A stretch of 64,000 nt of DNA, filler included, from Sphacelaria rigidula (taxonomy: Eukaryota), in the NCBI GenBank assembly GCA_964200075.2. It is 6 parts of 6 records of this genome, joined end to end, with 100 filler letters (N's around TTAATTAATTAA, not from the genome) between each part and the next. Parts side by side here need not be neighbours in the genome. Positions count along the whole stretch, not along the records: positions 21,399 to 31,997 come from CAXNAA020006217.1; positions 32,098 to 42,696 come from CAXNAA020006218.1; positions 42,797 to 53,395 come from CAXNAA020006219.1; 3 more parts are not named here. One strand, 5' to 3'. Below the pieces are notes generated by a model. The model searched no databases and was not told the origin of the DNA. It saw nothing but the letters and a program-made list of their open reading frames with translations. This document shows, piece by piece, positions 27,651-47,221 of the stretch (the first letter of the stretch is position 1; each line of letters begins with the position of its first letter). A program made the translations under genes and the position numbers.

Positions 27651-28007
27651 GTTTTCCTGCCGGTGGTACCGTATAAGAACATAATTTTTTTACACCGGCA
27701 ATCGATTTTTCCCTTCCCTGCAATTTTGCACGTTGTCTCATCATTCATACCCGCGGTCCTAGTCCTCATCGTCTCGCAACATGTGTTCCCATAATCATAT
27801 TATCCCTTCTCACTTCCATCAACCAACATCGTCTTCTTCTCTGTAAACAAACACAATCACCTCTCAGGTATCGGTGCGCGCAGAGGGAATGCTACGACAT
27901 ATCGACCGTCGCCCTCTTTCTCAGTCGCGCTGCAATCTTTTTCCTATGCACCTTTCCTCATCGTTCCACCCGCAATCCAGTACTCCTTCTCATCTTATTT
28001 CTTTCGT

Positions 28008-28300
28008 ATGATTGATTGATTGATTGATTGATTGTCGCACTTAAACTGACCACCCATGGGTCCAGTCGTGGTCGCATGATAGACGTACCCAAGAAAAGCA
28101 AGACTGAAGCACTCGTTCAAGAAAACGAAGGAGCAGAAAAAAAATCGAACAGAACGACATCGTAGACTGAGACGTAAAATCAAACAATAATGAAGAAAGA
28201 ACACAATCAACAGAAGCAAAGCACCGAAAGAGATGGCCGGCCTAAAGAAAAAGGAGCAGAAAAAAAATGGCATCACATAATTAAAAAAAAGGGAAAAGCC
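28008..28300 (-). mobile_element. Retroposon (LINE/SINE) 3' end with (CAAT)n tail
   Basis: (gatt)n followed by gtcgcacttaaactgacc...gacgtaccc. Related copies at 17693-17960(-) and 34410-34555(+). Confidence 0.7.
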
Positions 28301-28338
28301 CAAGGGATTCGGGGTAGCAGACTTGATACAGACACACA

Positions 28339-28864
28339 CCAGTGGGCACCGCAGAGTCGCCGACTAAGGACATAATCAACAACCGATGCAACATGAAATT
28401 GTAACCGATAATTATTTCTCCCGAGAGCTTGACAAGGCAAGAGTACCGCGATCCTCCAAGAAGACGGGCGGGATCGGGGCGCTCTACTGTCTTACACAAC
28501 CACTTTTGCTCGACGTTCATACCCGCAATCCTGAAAGAGTTTACGTGTGCTCTTGTTTTATATGCAAGATAAACATTTAGAGAGAGAATATATTCTCACG
28601 CGGGCTTGGCAAGGCAAGAACATCGAGACCCTCGAAAAGACGGACGGGACCGGGGCGCAGCCCCGTGTTCCGTGCGGCTTGTTTATATATATATATATAA
28701 AAGGTTTCCCTCCGGGAGATTGTTACGGGACTGACGAGGGTGGCACAAGTCGAAAGTATAAAATATACTTCGTATGCCTTCTCAGTGCGCTGCAAAAGAA
28801 AGCGAGGGGAAAAATCTTTGCTGGCAGAGAAAACTCGGCAAAAGCGGTGAAAAATGCGAAATGA
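28339..28864 (-). mobile_element. Short non-autonomous Helitron (about 525 bp)
   Basis: Minus strand reads A|TCATTTCGCATTTTTCACC ... CCCACTGG|T with no TSD. The 5' ~85 bp is shared with 31385-31465 and the 3' end with 15040-15075. Confidence 0.6.
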
Positions 28865-29027
28865 TGTATATACATAATATACCTGGGTTAAATAAACAGA
28901 GAAAAAGCGCGCGAGTCATCGCTTAATTGTCCGCGACAATCGAGCAGGTGTTTATTGCCCTTCGCGAAAAATAAGAAGGCGTGGACAAGCAAAGACAGCT
29001 GATGAAGGAGCCTCCAAATACATCGGA

Positions 29028-29317
29028 CAATGTTTTCGTGAGATTGAGAGTAGAGGACACGATTGAGAGTGAGAAGCGATCAATGAGTGAATTAATCGCC
29101 TCAATTCCGAAATACCCCTCCGCGAGGCCCAATATGCTTTCTGTAGTAGCATGCCACTGACGCCCTCGATACCCCTGAGTAGAATATCGATGTGTAACTA
29201 TGACCACATGCCAGTGATGGAGGCAAAGAAAAGCACGCACGGAATGAAAAAAAGGTCAAGTTAGATCGAATGACCAAAGCCACTCTCAATCAGCGCACTA
29301 CTCTCAATCTCACGTTG
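29028..29317. mobile_element. MITE, same family as 16246-16541
   Basis: Reverse-orientation homologue with TIRs. Confidence 0.8.
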
Positions 29318-30396
29318 TTACAGGTCACGACTTCGAATGCACACCTTTGGTCACAATTCACCCGTCATATTATATATATATACCCGCATTTCCTAATGTG
29401 ATGATTAGTACTCGATTTTACTTATTATCAGAATGAAGAACGTTCTGAGAAAATCCATGATTTGGGGCAGGTGAGCAGTGATGAGCAGTAGACCCAGGTC
29501 GTCCAGAACGTGTTTTGGTCCGAAATCGGCCTGAAGGCGTCGATTTGAGCTCTCGAAAGGCGTCGATTTGAGCTCTCGCAACGCACGCTTTAGGTAGGGC
29601 CTTTATTATCGACAAATGAAAAAAATGAGAGAAGGTCTGAATCTCCGGTAATTGCCTAGGGCTCGTCATTATCTAAGTCTACTGTTGCTATTAGATATCT
29701 CATTGCAGATGGTGCTGATCTCGTCTTTTGCTTGCCTCGCCGGCAAAATAAAGGGCAGGGTTACGCTACCTGCCGTGTATGGCGTTCATAACTCTGGCAA
29801 ACATATTTCTCACAACCTCTCTGTGACACGGGGGGACAGTCGGATAGGCTAGGGCGTGATCGATCGGCTCTGTCGGGATGCTGCAGCAGCACAAATGAGT
29901 AAAAATACCGACACTAGAAAGCCCGTGCATAGATTGCAGGATGCTTGCTTTCTGTGAGTTGTATGCGCAGATACACCCAATTATACCACCAGCTATACAC
30001 TTTTCAGACGATGCAGTAGCGTACACTCGTAGCAGCACTGCAGGCAAGTAGGAAGCTACTGGATTGTTTCTGCTCTTCACTTCGAAAGTGCGTATGTCTG
30101 CGAACGACGACCACCGTGCTTGGCCCCAACAGCTCCAACACCGCTGCCGGGGCACACACGGACTGAGAAAATAGACACCGCCAACCCGCGGTGCTTTTTA
30201 CTCTACGACATAGCCCAGGGTGTCACTAGCAAGGTTCCTGATGATTCTTGCATGTTTGCGAGTGCTACGGCGTCCGTATAATGCGTGAGAGGACCGCGTG
30301 CTTAGAGAACCGCGCCGTAGTCCAAAACACCTCAGGACTGCCGTTTTTCAAAACCAATCGGACCAGTCCCTGCAAGTACCACGCCCCTGACCACAA

Positions 30397-30442
30397 CCCT
30401 AACACTAACACTAACCCTAACCCTAACCCTAGCCCTAACCCC
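30397..30442. repeat. Interstitial telomeric-like (CCCTAA)n
   Basis: ccctaacactaacactaaccctaaccctaaccctagccctaaccc, with an inverse motif at 30737-30755. Confidence 0.85.
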
Positions 30443-31059
30443 AGGGATGTTCAAATTCCGATGCGGTCCTCTAAGCACGCGGTCCTCTCGCGCATTACAG
30501 TCCACCAAGAGCAGCTCTGCGGAATGTTGCGCTGCGGTCTGAAATACTTGGCGTTCGCCAAACGTGAAGGCTTGGCGGGAAAATCTAGTCGCTTCATTTT
30601 CGGAGAAGGCCAAGCGCCAGGTGCGAAAACACCTAAAATCTTGGCGATCTCCCAAAACGCGGTGTCGATAACAAGGGCCCTTAAGAAACACTCTGCACCC
30701 CCCTTGCCCGAGAGTTCTCAGTATGCCTTAGTCGATGTTAGGATTAGGGTTAGCGTGGGGTTTCGTGGCATCTCCATAGTACCAACCATTGTTTACGTAC
30801 ATTTCTTCAGGTCCCCTCTGTCAAGTACTTGTGTAGGGATGCATCCTTGTCACGAGGACATATCTGCCATCCCTGCCACAAGGGCATCCCTGTGCCGGTA
30901 CTTCACAGGTGCATCCTTTGAGGGAACCCTCTCTTGCGTGTTGCATGATCACAGGGATTTCGTCACCCCCCTGCACTGATCCTCCACAGCTGACCAACAG
31001 TGAGGACGTTTGCCCACGTCTGTGCCTTGTTCAACTCGCCAACGGCTCATTGTGCGGTC

Positions 31060-31465
31060 TTGTGTTTGGTACTGACTAAGACGAATGCAATGTTCAATTG
31101 TTTTCAACTCCTTTGCTCTCATGTTCTCGTGACATTCGCTGCATAACTGCTGTCTTTGTGCTCTCGAATCAACGAGACCGCAAAGAAATACCCCGCCGTG
31201 AACAGGCTTTTGTTGTTTTGGTTCCTGTTTGAACTTTTCCATCATCTTCAAGAGGCTTTGGTGGTTCGAGATCGACAACCCGCGAAAAAAAGCCAGTGTG
31301 GGCGACTTTCGATGGCCAGAACACGCGCCACAGGTATCAGATGACACCCAAACCCAAAGTGTAATGTACCGCTGCGCTTTCTTCGTGCACTGCAAGAGAA
31401 AGCGCGTGATACGATGCCCTGCCACCAGAGAAAACTCGGCAAAAGTGGTGAAAAATGCGAAATGA
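31060..31465 (-). mobile_element. Helitron 5' fragment
   Basis: A|TC 5' terminus at 31465, nearly identical to that at 28864. The body is homologous to 49360-49745. Confidence 0.6.
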
Positions 31466-32407
31466 TACATGTTAATATTAGCGCAGCATCAGTTCGATGC
31501 CGCTGAAGAGTGCCGTACACAAGCGATACCTCGACGTTCTCGGCGTAGTGGTCAGAGTGTGGATTCCTCAGACCACGAACCACCATCAAGGCGAAGCGAT
31601 ATTCTGGTGCCGGGGCATCACCAAAACAGGCACGCATTAGTGTACTACTTCCTCTGTCCCATAAGTAAAGTCCGTTTTGTTTTATACGAGCCCTTAACGG
31701 TGTCCGATTTCATTTTCGATTCTTTTAGTGCATTCGTTGGCGTTTTTGAGCTAAACACAACACTCTTTCCACAATGTGGGCGCTCAACGCGTGCAGTCTC
31801 ACGATCGAGAAAAAGTAGGTCAGCCAAAAAACGGCGATTTTTCGCTCTTTTTCCCAGTAAGCATGGGGGATCCGGGAACACGAAAAATCGCGAAAAACCG
31901 TGAAAAAAACGTGAAAATCGCAAAAAAACAGTGAGGTTGGATACCCCCGTGACATGAACCTACGCACGCCCCATCAAACATATTTTCAGCATGGAATNNN
32001 NNNNNNNNNNNNNNNNNNNNNNNNNNNNNNNNNNNNNNNNNTTAATTAATTAANNNNNNNNNNNNNNNNNNNNNNNNNNNNNNNNNNNNNNNNNNNNTGT
32101 TGTTGTTGTTTTTGTTGTTGTTTTTGTTGTTGTTGTTTTTGTTGCTGTTTTTTTTTTTTTTTTTTTTTTCGCCTCGTTTTTTTTTTCAACATCATCGTCA
32201 TCGTCGTCGTCGTCGTCATCATCATCATCATTATCATGGTGATCCATCATCACCATCATTATCATTATCCATACTTTCTTTTCAACCCCCTCTTCATCGG
32301 GGCGAGTTCGTCGTCTGGAGAGATATATCGATCCATCTCCCTCTAAGTACTGCACTGTACCTGCTTTGCCTTGCCTTGCCTTGCCTTGCCTTTACGTTTT
32401 GGTGCAG

Positions 32408-32661
32408 GCAATGCTACGGTAGGGGTACACTTTTTTCGCGAAATATTGTCTAGTCCAGGGGCTCCTAACGATTCTAGATGCACAAGAATATGGATCAGCG
32501 CATCCCCGGTTGCTAATCCATTCGAGATATCCCCAGCACATTGGAGTAGTAATCCTGACGTACTTTTACATGTTCCCATAGGTGATGTTTTGCATGAGAT
32601 CAAGGGCTCCTGACAATTCTAACCCCAGAAAATATTTGTGCACCCCTACCGTAGCATCACT
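32408..32661. mobile_element. MITE (TIR atgctacggtaggggtRcac)
   Basis: ~20-bp inverted termini. A related TIR family lies at 50486-50731. Confidence 0.7.
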
Positions 32662-33141
32662 CGTGACGCAATTTTGACCAGCACCCCTTCCGCACCGCGT
32701 CGACCCTCGCCAAGTTTCCTTGCGACTCGCGTCCTCATGCTGTCGATCGGTGGAAAACGTTTTGTTCTCAGAAATACCATATTTTGTGCGTCGGTTTGCG
32801 AATCTGCGACGTGCTGCCCTAGTTTTGACCATCGGTGAGGGGCAGCGATGTGTTCACTTAGGTAGCGCTGTCTCTAAATTGTTCTAGGATAGGCAAAATA
32901 GTATGTTCAGGAAGCGAACAGTTTACCCATTGAACCAGTAAGCGCGTTGTACGTGCGTAAGTGAGCACGTAAGTGAGTAAGTCCTGCATGATCGTTTTGC
33001 CATGTTGCCATGTTTTCTTGCCGAACAACAGGTTGAGTAGCGATTTGACATTTCCTAGCACAGGCACACAAGGGTGTTGACCTTTTGCGACAAGAGTGCC
33101 GTGGTTTCGTGTGCTAGGCACTTTACGTCGATGATTCTTGA

Positions 33142-40063
<6,922 letters not shown>

Positions 40064-40751
40064 GTAAGGAGGAGTCGTTGTTGGTTCAACCTTGTCTTTT
40101 TCCTGCCTGTCTTTAGATCCTTTCACGAAATTGTGATGGCATCGTGAGGATATTTTTCTCATGAGCTCGCCATCTTCCCCCCTGTTGGTGACAATCTTGA
40201 GCCGAAACACCTTTTGGAGAATGACGATGTGTATATATGGGACCAGTTTTACACAACGTTTGTCACGAAATTTGACCGACCCATATGGAGCATGAATAGC
40301 CCTCCACGAAATGTATGTCGGATCAGGATTTCGAAGCACTGTACCGAAGTGACTCCACCAACAAAGACATAACCATGAGAGACCGAGAAACACAGCAGAG
40401 CTACAACCAATGGTGAAACAAAATAATCAGCTGAGCCTTTAGCAGCCGCTAACCTCGGCGTTACGGTTGAGCAGCTATTCTCTGTGTCTGAGGATCACTG
40501 CCCGTGTGTGTTAGTATTTTTGTTACACTTTGAACCCCTCCCCTTCCCGGGGACGAGTCGGTGGTCTCAAAGGAATCGACTCATTCCTTCCTCGGGGATA
40601 AGATATGGGCAACTTTTTTTGTGTAATGCATGGAAGAAATGTAATGAGCTCACACATGTTGGAGGTGTCTCGATTAGGAGTAAGAAGGGTGCTCCGTCTC
40701 GAAAGGGGTGCGTGGTCCATTGTCACATGACGGAGGCAAGCAACAAATTAG

Positions 40752-40801
<50 letters not shown>

Positions 40802-43064
40802 CCCCCCGGTCGCCCGCCGCCGCACCCCACGCGACACACACCCCCCCACACACCCCCCCCCCCCCACCACCNNNNNNNNNNGCGGGAGGGAGGGGGGGGC
40901 GTGGTCCATGCACCGGGGCGGGAGAAAAAAAACAAGCCCCCCCCCCCCCCCCCCCCCCTTTGCTCCGTCTCGAAAGGGATGCGTGGTCGATGGTCAGACG
41001 ACTAAGGCAAGCAACATATGAGAACGCCCTCCCTCCTTGGTCCACGCCATGCATCATGGCCTCGCGGATTGGATAATGACCAACACTTTCGTAACGCGTG
41101 GATACTCGTCATGCAGACCTCATTTTGTTACTCACACCCTAATGTTTTCAACGACACAAAGCAGGTAAAGAACTTGTAAGGAAAACTCCCGTTTCACCCG
41201 CCGCCGGGCGAACTCGCATTGTTCCGACCCCTTTGGTATTCTTTGTACCCCTTAGACCACGGGGCCAAGGCGACATACATGCCGTGTAAATCGTGATGGA
41301 CCAACACCTGGCTTGTTCGATATTTTTCAAGCCAAATCATTAGTTTTTCACCTATGAAATGGTCACACGGTAGGGGTGATTTTTTTTTTTTTCCTCTGAG
41401 GCTCTGCACTTCGGGAGCCTTTTCATGAAAGAATATCTGGGCCTTAGTGTGAAGCCCCAGAAATCGTTTCGACTAAAAAGTTCACCCCCACCGTAGAATT
41501 ACAATATGGTCATTGCTCATTGCTACAGCGCCTGCAAGAGTCAAGAGTGTCACAATCATTGTCGAAGGGCGTGATCAAGGACTACGCCGTTATACATCAG
41601 CTGCGAGGTGGCGAGATAGCAGTGGGATGGTGCACGACTACACGAGTGTTGACCTCACGTATGTACGAAAGCACATCATGCCAGGAGCATAAGGCTTGGG
41701 TGCCTCCATTAGTATCATGCGGATGAAGCACAATGCCAATGATTCGGCCTTTGCTTTTTCTTATTGGTGAGCCTCGTGATTACTACTGTGCTCGTGAGCG
41801 GTTCTTGACTACAGTTTCACAATGAGCCCGGTTTGGCGCATATTTTGTGAAGAGAGTGTTTGTAATGAGGATGGTTGGCACCGAATCGGTGTTCTTGTTC
41901 TGTATTGGTGTACAGTATGCTTTGTGCTGTTTTAAACCCTGCGGTCCATATAGTAGAATATAAGCCGAATAAGATAAACCTCGTTTTTTTTTTGAGGGTG
42001 ATGCCATGACTTTATTTGTCTTACTTGTACAGTGGGCGCTCGCTGACAAGACACGTAAAATATGGGTCGAGCCTCAATTTTGAAATTCGTCGCCACCGTC
42101 GAGCGTAGGATATTGGGCTATGTTTCTTGGCCTTGTTTTCTTATGGAACTTTTTCTTGTCAGCGAGCGCCCACTATATCGGGATGCCCAAGCTGGGGTAC
42201 AAGTCTAGAATTAGTCGTTGGTCGAAGACTGGAACCGGGTATGGTCGTGTCATCAATAGGGCCCAGGCTCGAGCGGCTTCCCCCCCCTGCGTGTTTGCTT
42301 TTCCAATTTGGCATATATTCACACATTTTTTTTTCTTGACGCATGCCCTCGCTCGTGATTCATGAATATGAACAGCTTATTTTTATTCTGTCGAACGTGT
42401 GTTTCCCGAGGCTCGGCGTCATGATTCGCCGTGTTTCATGTACTGTAACCCAGTGTTGTTGATTCTCAGCAGATATTTTTGACAGAGCACTCTATTTTCA
42501 TATTTTGCTTCGACCATACGTCCTGATCGAGTGTTTTGTTCCAAAACATGGATGATATCATTATCAGTATGTTTTCTTATGGAACTTTTTCTTGTCAGCG
42601 AGCGCCCACTATATCGGGATGCCCAAGCTGGGGTACAAGTCTAGAATTAGTCGTTGGTCGAAGACTGGAACCGGGTATGGTCGTGTCATCAATAGGNNNN
42701 NNNNNNNNNNNNNNNNNNNNNNNNNNNNNNNNNNNNNNNNTTAATTAATTAANNNNNNNNNNNNNNNNNNNNNNNNNNNNNNNNNNNNNNNNNNNNCTCC
42801 GGGTTCTCATCCTCAATCAAAAGCACCATCCTCAACATAGATGATTGGCTGTTTTTAGTCGAATCTATCGCTTCGATAGTCAGTACGAGTAGCTTCTAAA
42901 AGCTTCTGCCCCGTGTGTCCCTCGGTAAAGAGTGTTCGTGCCCTGCTACTTGCAACCTGCTGTAGTACTTGACTGCACATTTTGTGCTACGTGGGGTCAA
43001 CGCGCACTACTTGCTATTCTTGCCATGCTCTCAATTTTAACATCACCTGCACAAGGCCGCACGG

Positions 43065-43930
43065 TACGAGCTGGGCCAGCCGAGAAGCGATTCTGCAGTT
43101 TGCAGGCCGATTATACGGCCAATACTTAGAGCTGAACCCTGAAATTTGGTATGTATGGACAATGAGTAGGGCAAAAAAATGAGAAAACATTACGGGCGTA
43201 CACAACTTTTTTTTTCATGAGTTAGGAGCATTTTACCGATATCTGAAAACTGGTTATTGCCCTTAACTCATAAAAAAAAAAAACTTGTGTACGACAGTAA
43301 GGTTTTTTTTATTTTGCCCTACTCATTGTCCATACCAAAGTTCAGGATCCAACTCCAAGTATTGGCCGTATAATGGGCCGTTTAGCTACAGGGTCAGAAT
43401 AAAATCGGAACAGTATTTTACAGGCCATTTACCGGCCCACGTTTGGTGTTTGTGTATTGAAAGCTGGTGTGGGGCGTGGCTAGGGCGTAACCAACAAAAC
43501 AAAGTGGGCCAGGTTGATTTTTCTCAATTTTTCCCACTGGTTTAGGGCGTTCTACTATGGTAAAGACCATATTTCACGAGAACGCCCTAACCTCTATGAA
43601 AAGAAAAGAAAAATGGAAGGTCCATTTTTTATTTTATTCGGCACTCTTTTGTGGTTCTCCACACCAAAATTCGTCGCCATCCGCTAAATGCATCGATTGG
43701 GAGTTTCATAGAGAATTTTTAGCATTGGTGCTATCTCCCTTAGGTAAAGGAATTACTAGAGACATGGGGTTTAATCAACGAGAAAATATGGGCCCAAAAT
43801 TTTGAGCAGATGGGCACCTTCCCCTTGAGTAGACGACTAATACGATATGCGGATCACGGCTCAACTCGTCTGTGTCGATGAGATATTGCGTTTAGAGCTT
43901 GAATCCGTTGTTAGGCTGACCCAGCTCGTA
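43065..43930. mobile_element. Tc1/mariner-type MITE
   Basis: TA|cgagctgggccagcc ... ggctgacccagctcg|TA, with a ~90-bp internal inverted repeat. A second, right-truncated copy lies at 7980 to ~9340. Confidence 0.85.
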
Positions 43931-44382
43931 TAAATTGGGGAAAACATATTAAAATCAAGTATCATACGTTAGATTCAGTTTATGATTCACAATTTTACAG
44001 ACTTTCCAATTATTTAACAAATCGTCTGCAGGTTGGGGCGTTTTTGTTTCAGAAATGAAGCCAAATTACTCCAATTTTTTCGCCTCCGGCGGCTCCTCCA
44101 GCGGGCCCCCCCCACCAGCCGGGGGGGGGCGTTGGGGGCTCGCTGCGCTCTCCAATATCGATATCGATATCGATCGCGCTCGATATCGCATCGATTCGAT
44201 TATTGGTTCGATATGCAACACTACCACAGGGGTACCAAAAGGCGCATATCGACCCGCATTTTCTGTCATCGTGATGTTTAGCCAAGATATGCTAAATACA
44301 TGCTGTGAATGGGATGGGCGGCCCAGCACCGGTGCCCAGGTAGGTATCGGGAGGAATATATACCGGTTCGCCTCTAACACTT

Positions 44383-44820
44383 TAATCGTGAGATTCAGAG
44401 GGTAGTTTCAGATTCAGAGTTAGACTCGAAACAATTGACTTTCCCGTCGATTTTGACATCGCCACAGTTCGAGGAGTAATGCGCCCAGCTGGTGAAGCGG
44501 TGGCTTCAATGAAAGCTGTCACCTGCACGATCAATTTGACGCATCACTTGATCGAAACGACGTAGTCCATTGCAACAAAAGATCCCCTCTTTCAGGAAAA
44601 ACCGATTTGTGCCTGAAACAGTTTCAGTACTGAAATACCCCCCAGGCGTAAAAATGCTTCGTGCGGTATCTCACCAACCAGACCGCCGAATTCCTCGAAT
44701 GGGGTATTGTACGGTAGCTGCATGCACAGCACGTGTGCTCAAGCAAAAAAAAAAGTTGCCTGTTAGGAACGCTAGACCATCCACTCTGAATCTGAAACTA
44801 CCCTCTGAATCTTACGAGTA
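44383..44820. mobile_element. Tc1/mariner-type MITE
   Basis: Perfect 30-bp inverted repeat agattcagagggtagtttcagattcagagt, extended imperfectly to TA at both ends. Confidence 0.85.
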
Positions 44821-46289
44821 TAGTGCTCTCTTCTGTCACCATATTTTCTGACCGATGTATATATACATATATATATATGTTAAACGCATTCGACATCTCT
44901 TCGTAGCAATGCACGCGAACTTCTGCAGCTCCCTTTGAAGCTTTTTCCAATCCGCACGGGCTCCGGCATTGATCGCGTCTGGATCTTTGTTAGAGCGCAC
45001 TCCACACACGCGGTCATTCCGCTACCTCGTGGGGTAATTTCCAAACGTCATTCTCGGTTCCGTCCGTTTTGAACTCCCCCCATAAAGGATCTTGGGTATT
45101 CGTAATCCTCCAAGGGATTTTCAATGTTGGGACCCTCGAAGGTCTGTGTCGATATTCAAATCCCCTGGATTGTTTTTGGAGGCACAGGTGCTATGGAAAT
45201 CTGGAATTTTTACAGCCTTTGATGTTCGAAATAAACCCTAATTGCAAATTATTGGAATCGGGCAAAACTGATTTATTTCGAACAGCAGAGGCTGTGCAAA
45301 TCCCATCTACACTCGTAGATGGGGTTTGTACACCAGAAGCTGTTCGAAATAAATCCTTATTTTTCCCGCAAATACTTATTTGCGAGTAGCTTCTGCTGTT
45401 CAAGTCCCACATACTGCACCGTATCAGTGGATGAGAATCGAGAGACAGCAGAAAGTGTTGATAACTTATCCTCTTGCCCCCCGTTTCATATGTCAATTGG
45501 ACAAGGGGATCGAAGTCTTCAACAGCCTCGGCTGGTTACAAATCTCATACACTGTGAGTGTACGTCCACATGGCCGCGCTGTACAGGTTTGACTGGTGGT
45601 TGTGGTGTACGAACTGCATGAACCTCACATATCTGTACCTACAGATTTTGAAAACCCGTCGTCCCGCATCTAGCATTTCAACACCAAAGTGAAGAAGTTT
45701 TTCGAGTAAACACGCGAAAAATTGTGATCGCGGTTTATTCCGTACGCTGATGACGACATAACGATCACAACAATAACCATGGTTTGGTGCTGTACTGAAC
45801 TGTACGATACCGTGCAGGACAGTACCATACCATGCTTATGTACGTGCAGAGCAATATACTGCAGAGTTAGCGCGGCATATGCGCCACGTATGGCTTCACA
45901 AAGTGGATGCCTGTAACTGTGGGTGCGTCGGGATGTTACATACCGTCAGCTACTGAGTATTCATCACGACGCCCGTTCTTTCAGCATGCTCACATGCTCA
46001 CCGCGCTGCAGTCAGTTGAACGTGAAGGGGAAGCGGGCAAAGTACAGTACAGAGCGCAGGACAATATGTATGTTTTCTGCTTACGGAGCGACGTGAAAAG
46101 GACTTAAACAGTGCGCAGCTTTGTCTGCCTGCACTGTCCATGGGTATATGTATGCAGTTAACCGCCGGTTATTGCCCGCACCCTACCCCGCGCATGGTTC
46201 CGGCACCGCGTGACTCCGCGACCATGGAAGAAGATGCTCAAGTTTAAACTTCCACCAACAAGACATACATCACACCCCACTACTGCAGT

Positions 46290-46825
46290 GGGTTTCTATA
46301 TCCCTGCATCCAACTCGTGCTCTTTGCTGCAGGGTTATTGTGGTGGTATTTTAGATGGGAATAAGTGTTGTTGGGTTTGCAATTCAATCTGTGAACGGCG
46401 GGTGGTACATAAATTGTATCTGGCGTGATGGTCCCGAAGCTGGCCTGGAAGCAGTTAGGACACAAGTGCAAAAGTGTAAATGTACACGCTGGAGGATACT
46501 GCACGGCTATGTCCTCCAGAGTCGCAACAAATGCCTTAGAAGCCATAGGTGGTCCCTCCTCCAGAGGAATGATGCTCATATTTCCCTCTGCTGTTCACAT
46601 TTCCCTCTAAGGATGTTCACCATATTTTTGGTACTCTGGAGGGATTCAGACCTCAGAAGTCACTGGAGCATCAGATGCTCTCCAGAGGATTCGTTTTATG
46701 ATCGGAACTGAGTATGAAATACCATCTAGAGGGCATTATCATCCTCCGGAGGGTCACGTTACCCTCGAGGGGATGAAAAACGCGGTAGAGGATTTTAAGG
46801 GGGTAGCCGAATGGCCGCGTGTGCA
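46290..46825 (+). pseudogene. Frameshifted coding fragment, possibly glycosyltransferase family 92 (GALS-like)
   Basis: LLQGYCGGILDG/ISVVGFAIQSVNGGWYINCIW.../HAGGYCTAM...IGG.../TLEGMKNAVEDFKGVAEWPRV. A paralogous fragment lies on the minus strand at 44880-45620. Confidence 0.3.
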
Positions 46826-46829
46826 TACT

Positions 46830-47220
46830 TATAATATCCAATACATATTGATCGGCCAATATATTTGCACTCAGGTAGACCCAATATATATTGACCGGTC
46901 AATATGTTCTCAACAATGCGACCCTAATATATATTGGTCGTGCAATATGCTGTCGCCCACGCTGCTATAGTATATATTGATGGGACAATATGCGCTCAAC
47001 TCCACAGTACCAATATATATATATATATATTGGGCGAGCAATATGTATATAAATCCCACAATATATATATATATATATATTGGGCGAGCAATTCGTTTGC
47101 AGTACGAGGGTGCCAATATATACTACGCCGGCAATATATCGCAAAATTCCAATATGACCGACTTATATGTATTGAACACATATTGTATTGTCTAGGGTGA
47201 TATATATATAATATATATAT
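46830..47220. repeat. Cluster of caatatatattg-type palindromic motifs (subterminal repeats of a DNA transposon relic) and (TA)n
   Basis: Recurrent caatat/atattg motifs and a hAT-like terminus ...gtcgcccacgctg at 46964. Confidence 0.55.
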
Positions 47221-47221
47221 A

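Noticed and set aside
30248-30979. 243-aa ORF (likewise 7398-8018, 12510-13097 and other long track ORFs)
   Set aside because: These run through telomeric or MITE sequence or are antisense shadows, with no recognisable domain.
41165-41179. Terminal DBP2 exon (cag|VKNL*)
   Set aside because: It has a weak acceptor and does not resemble the usual DBP2 C-terminus, so it is unsupported.
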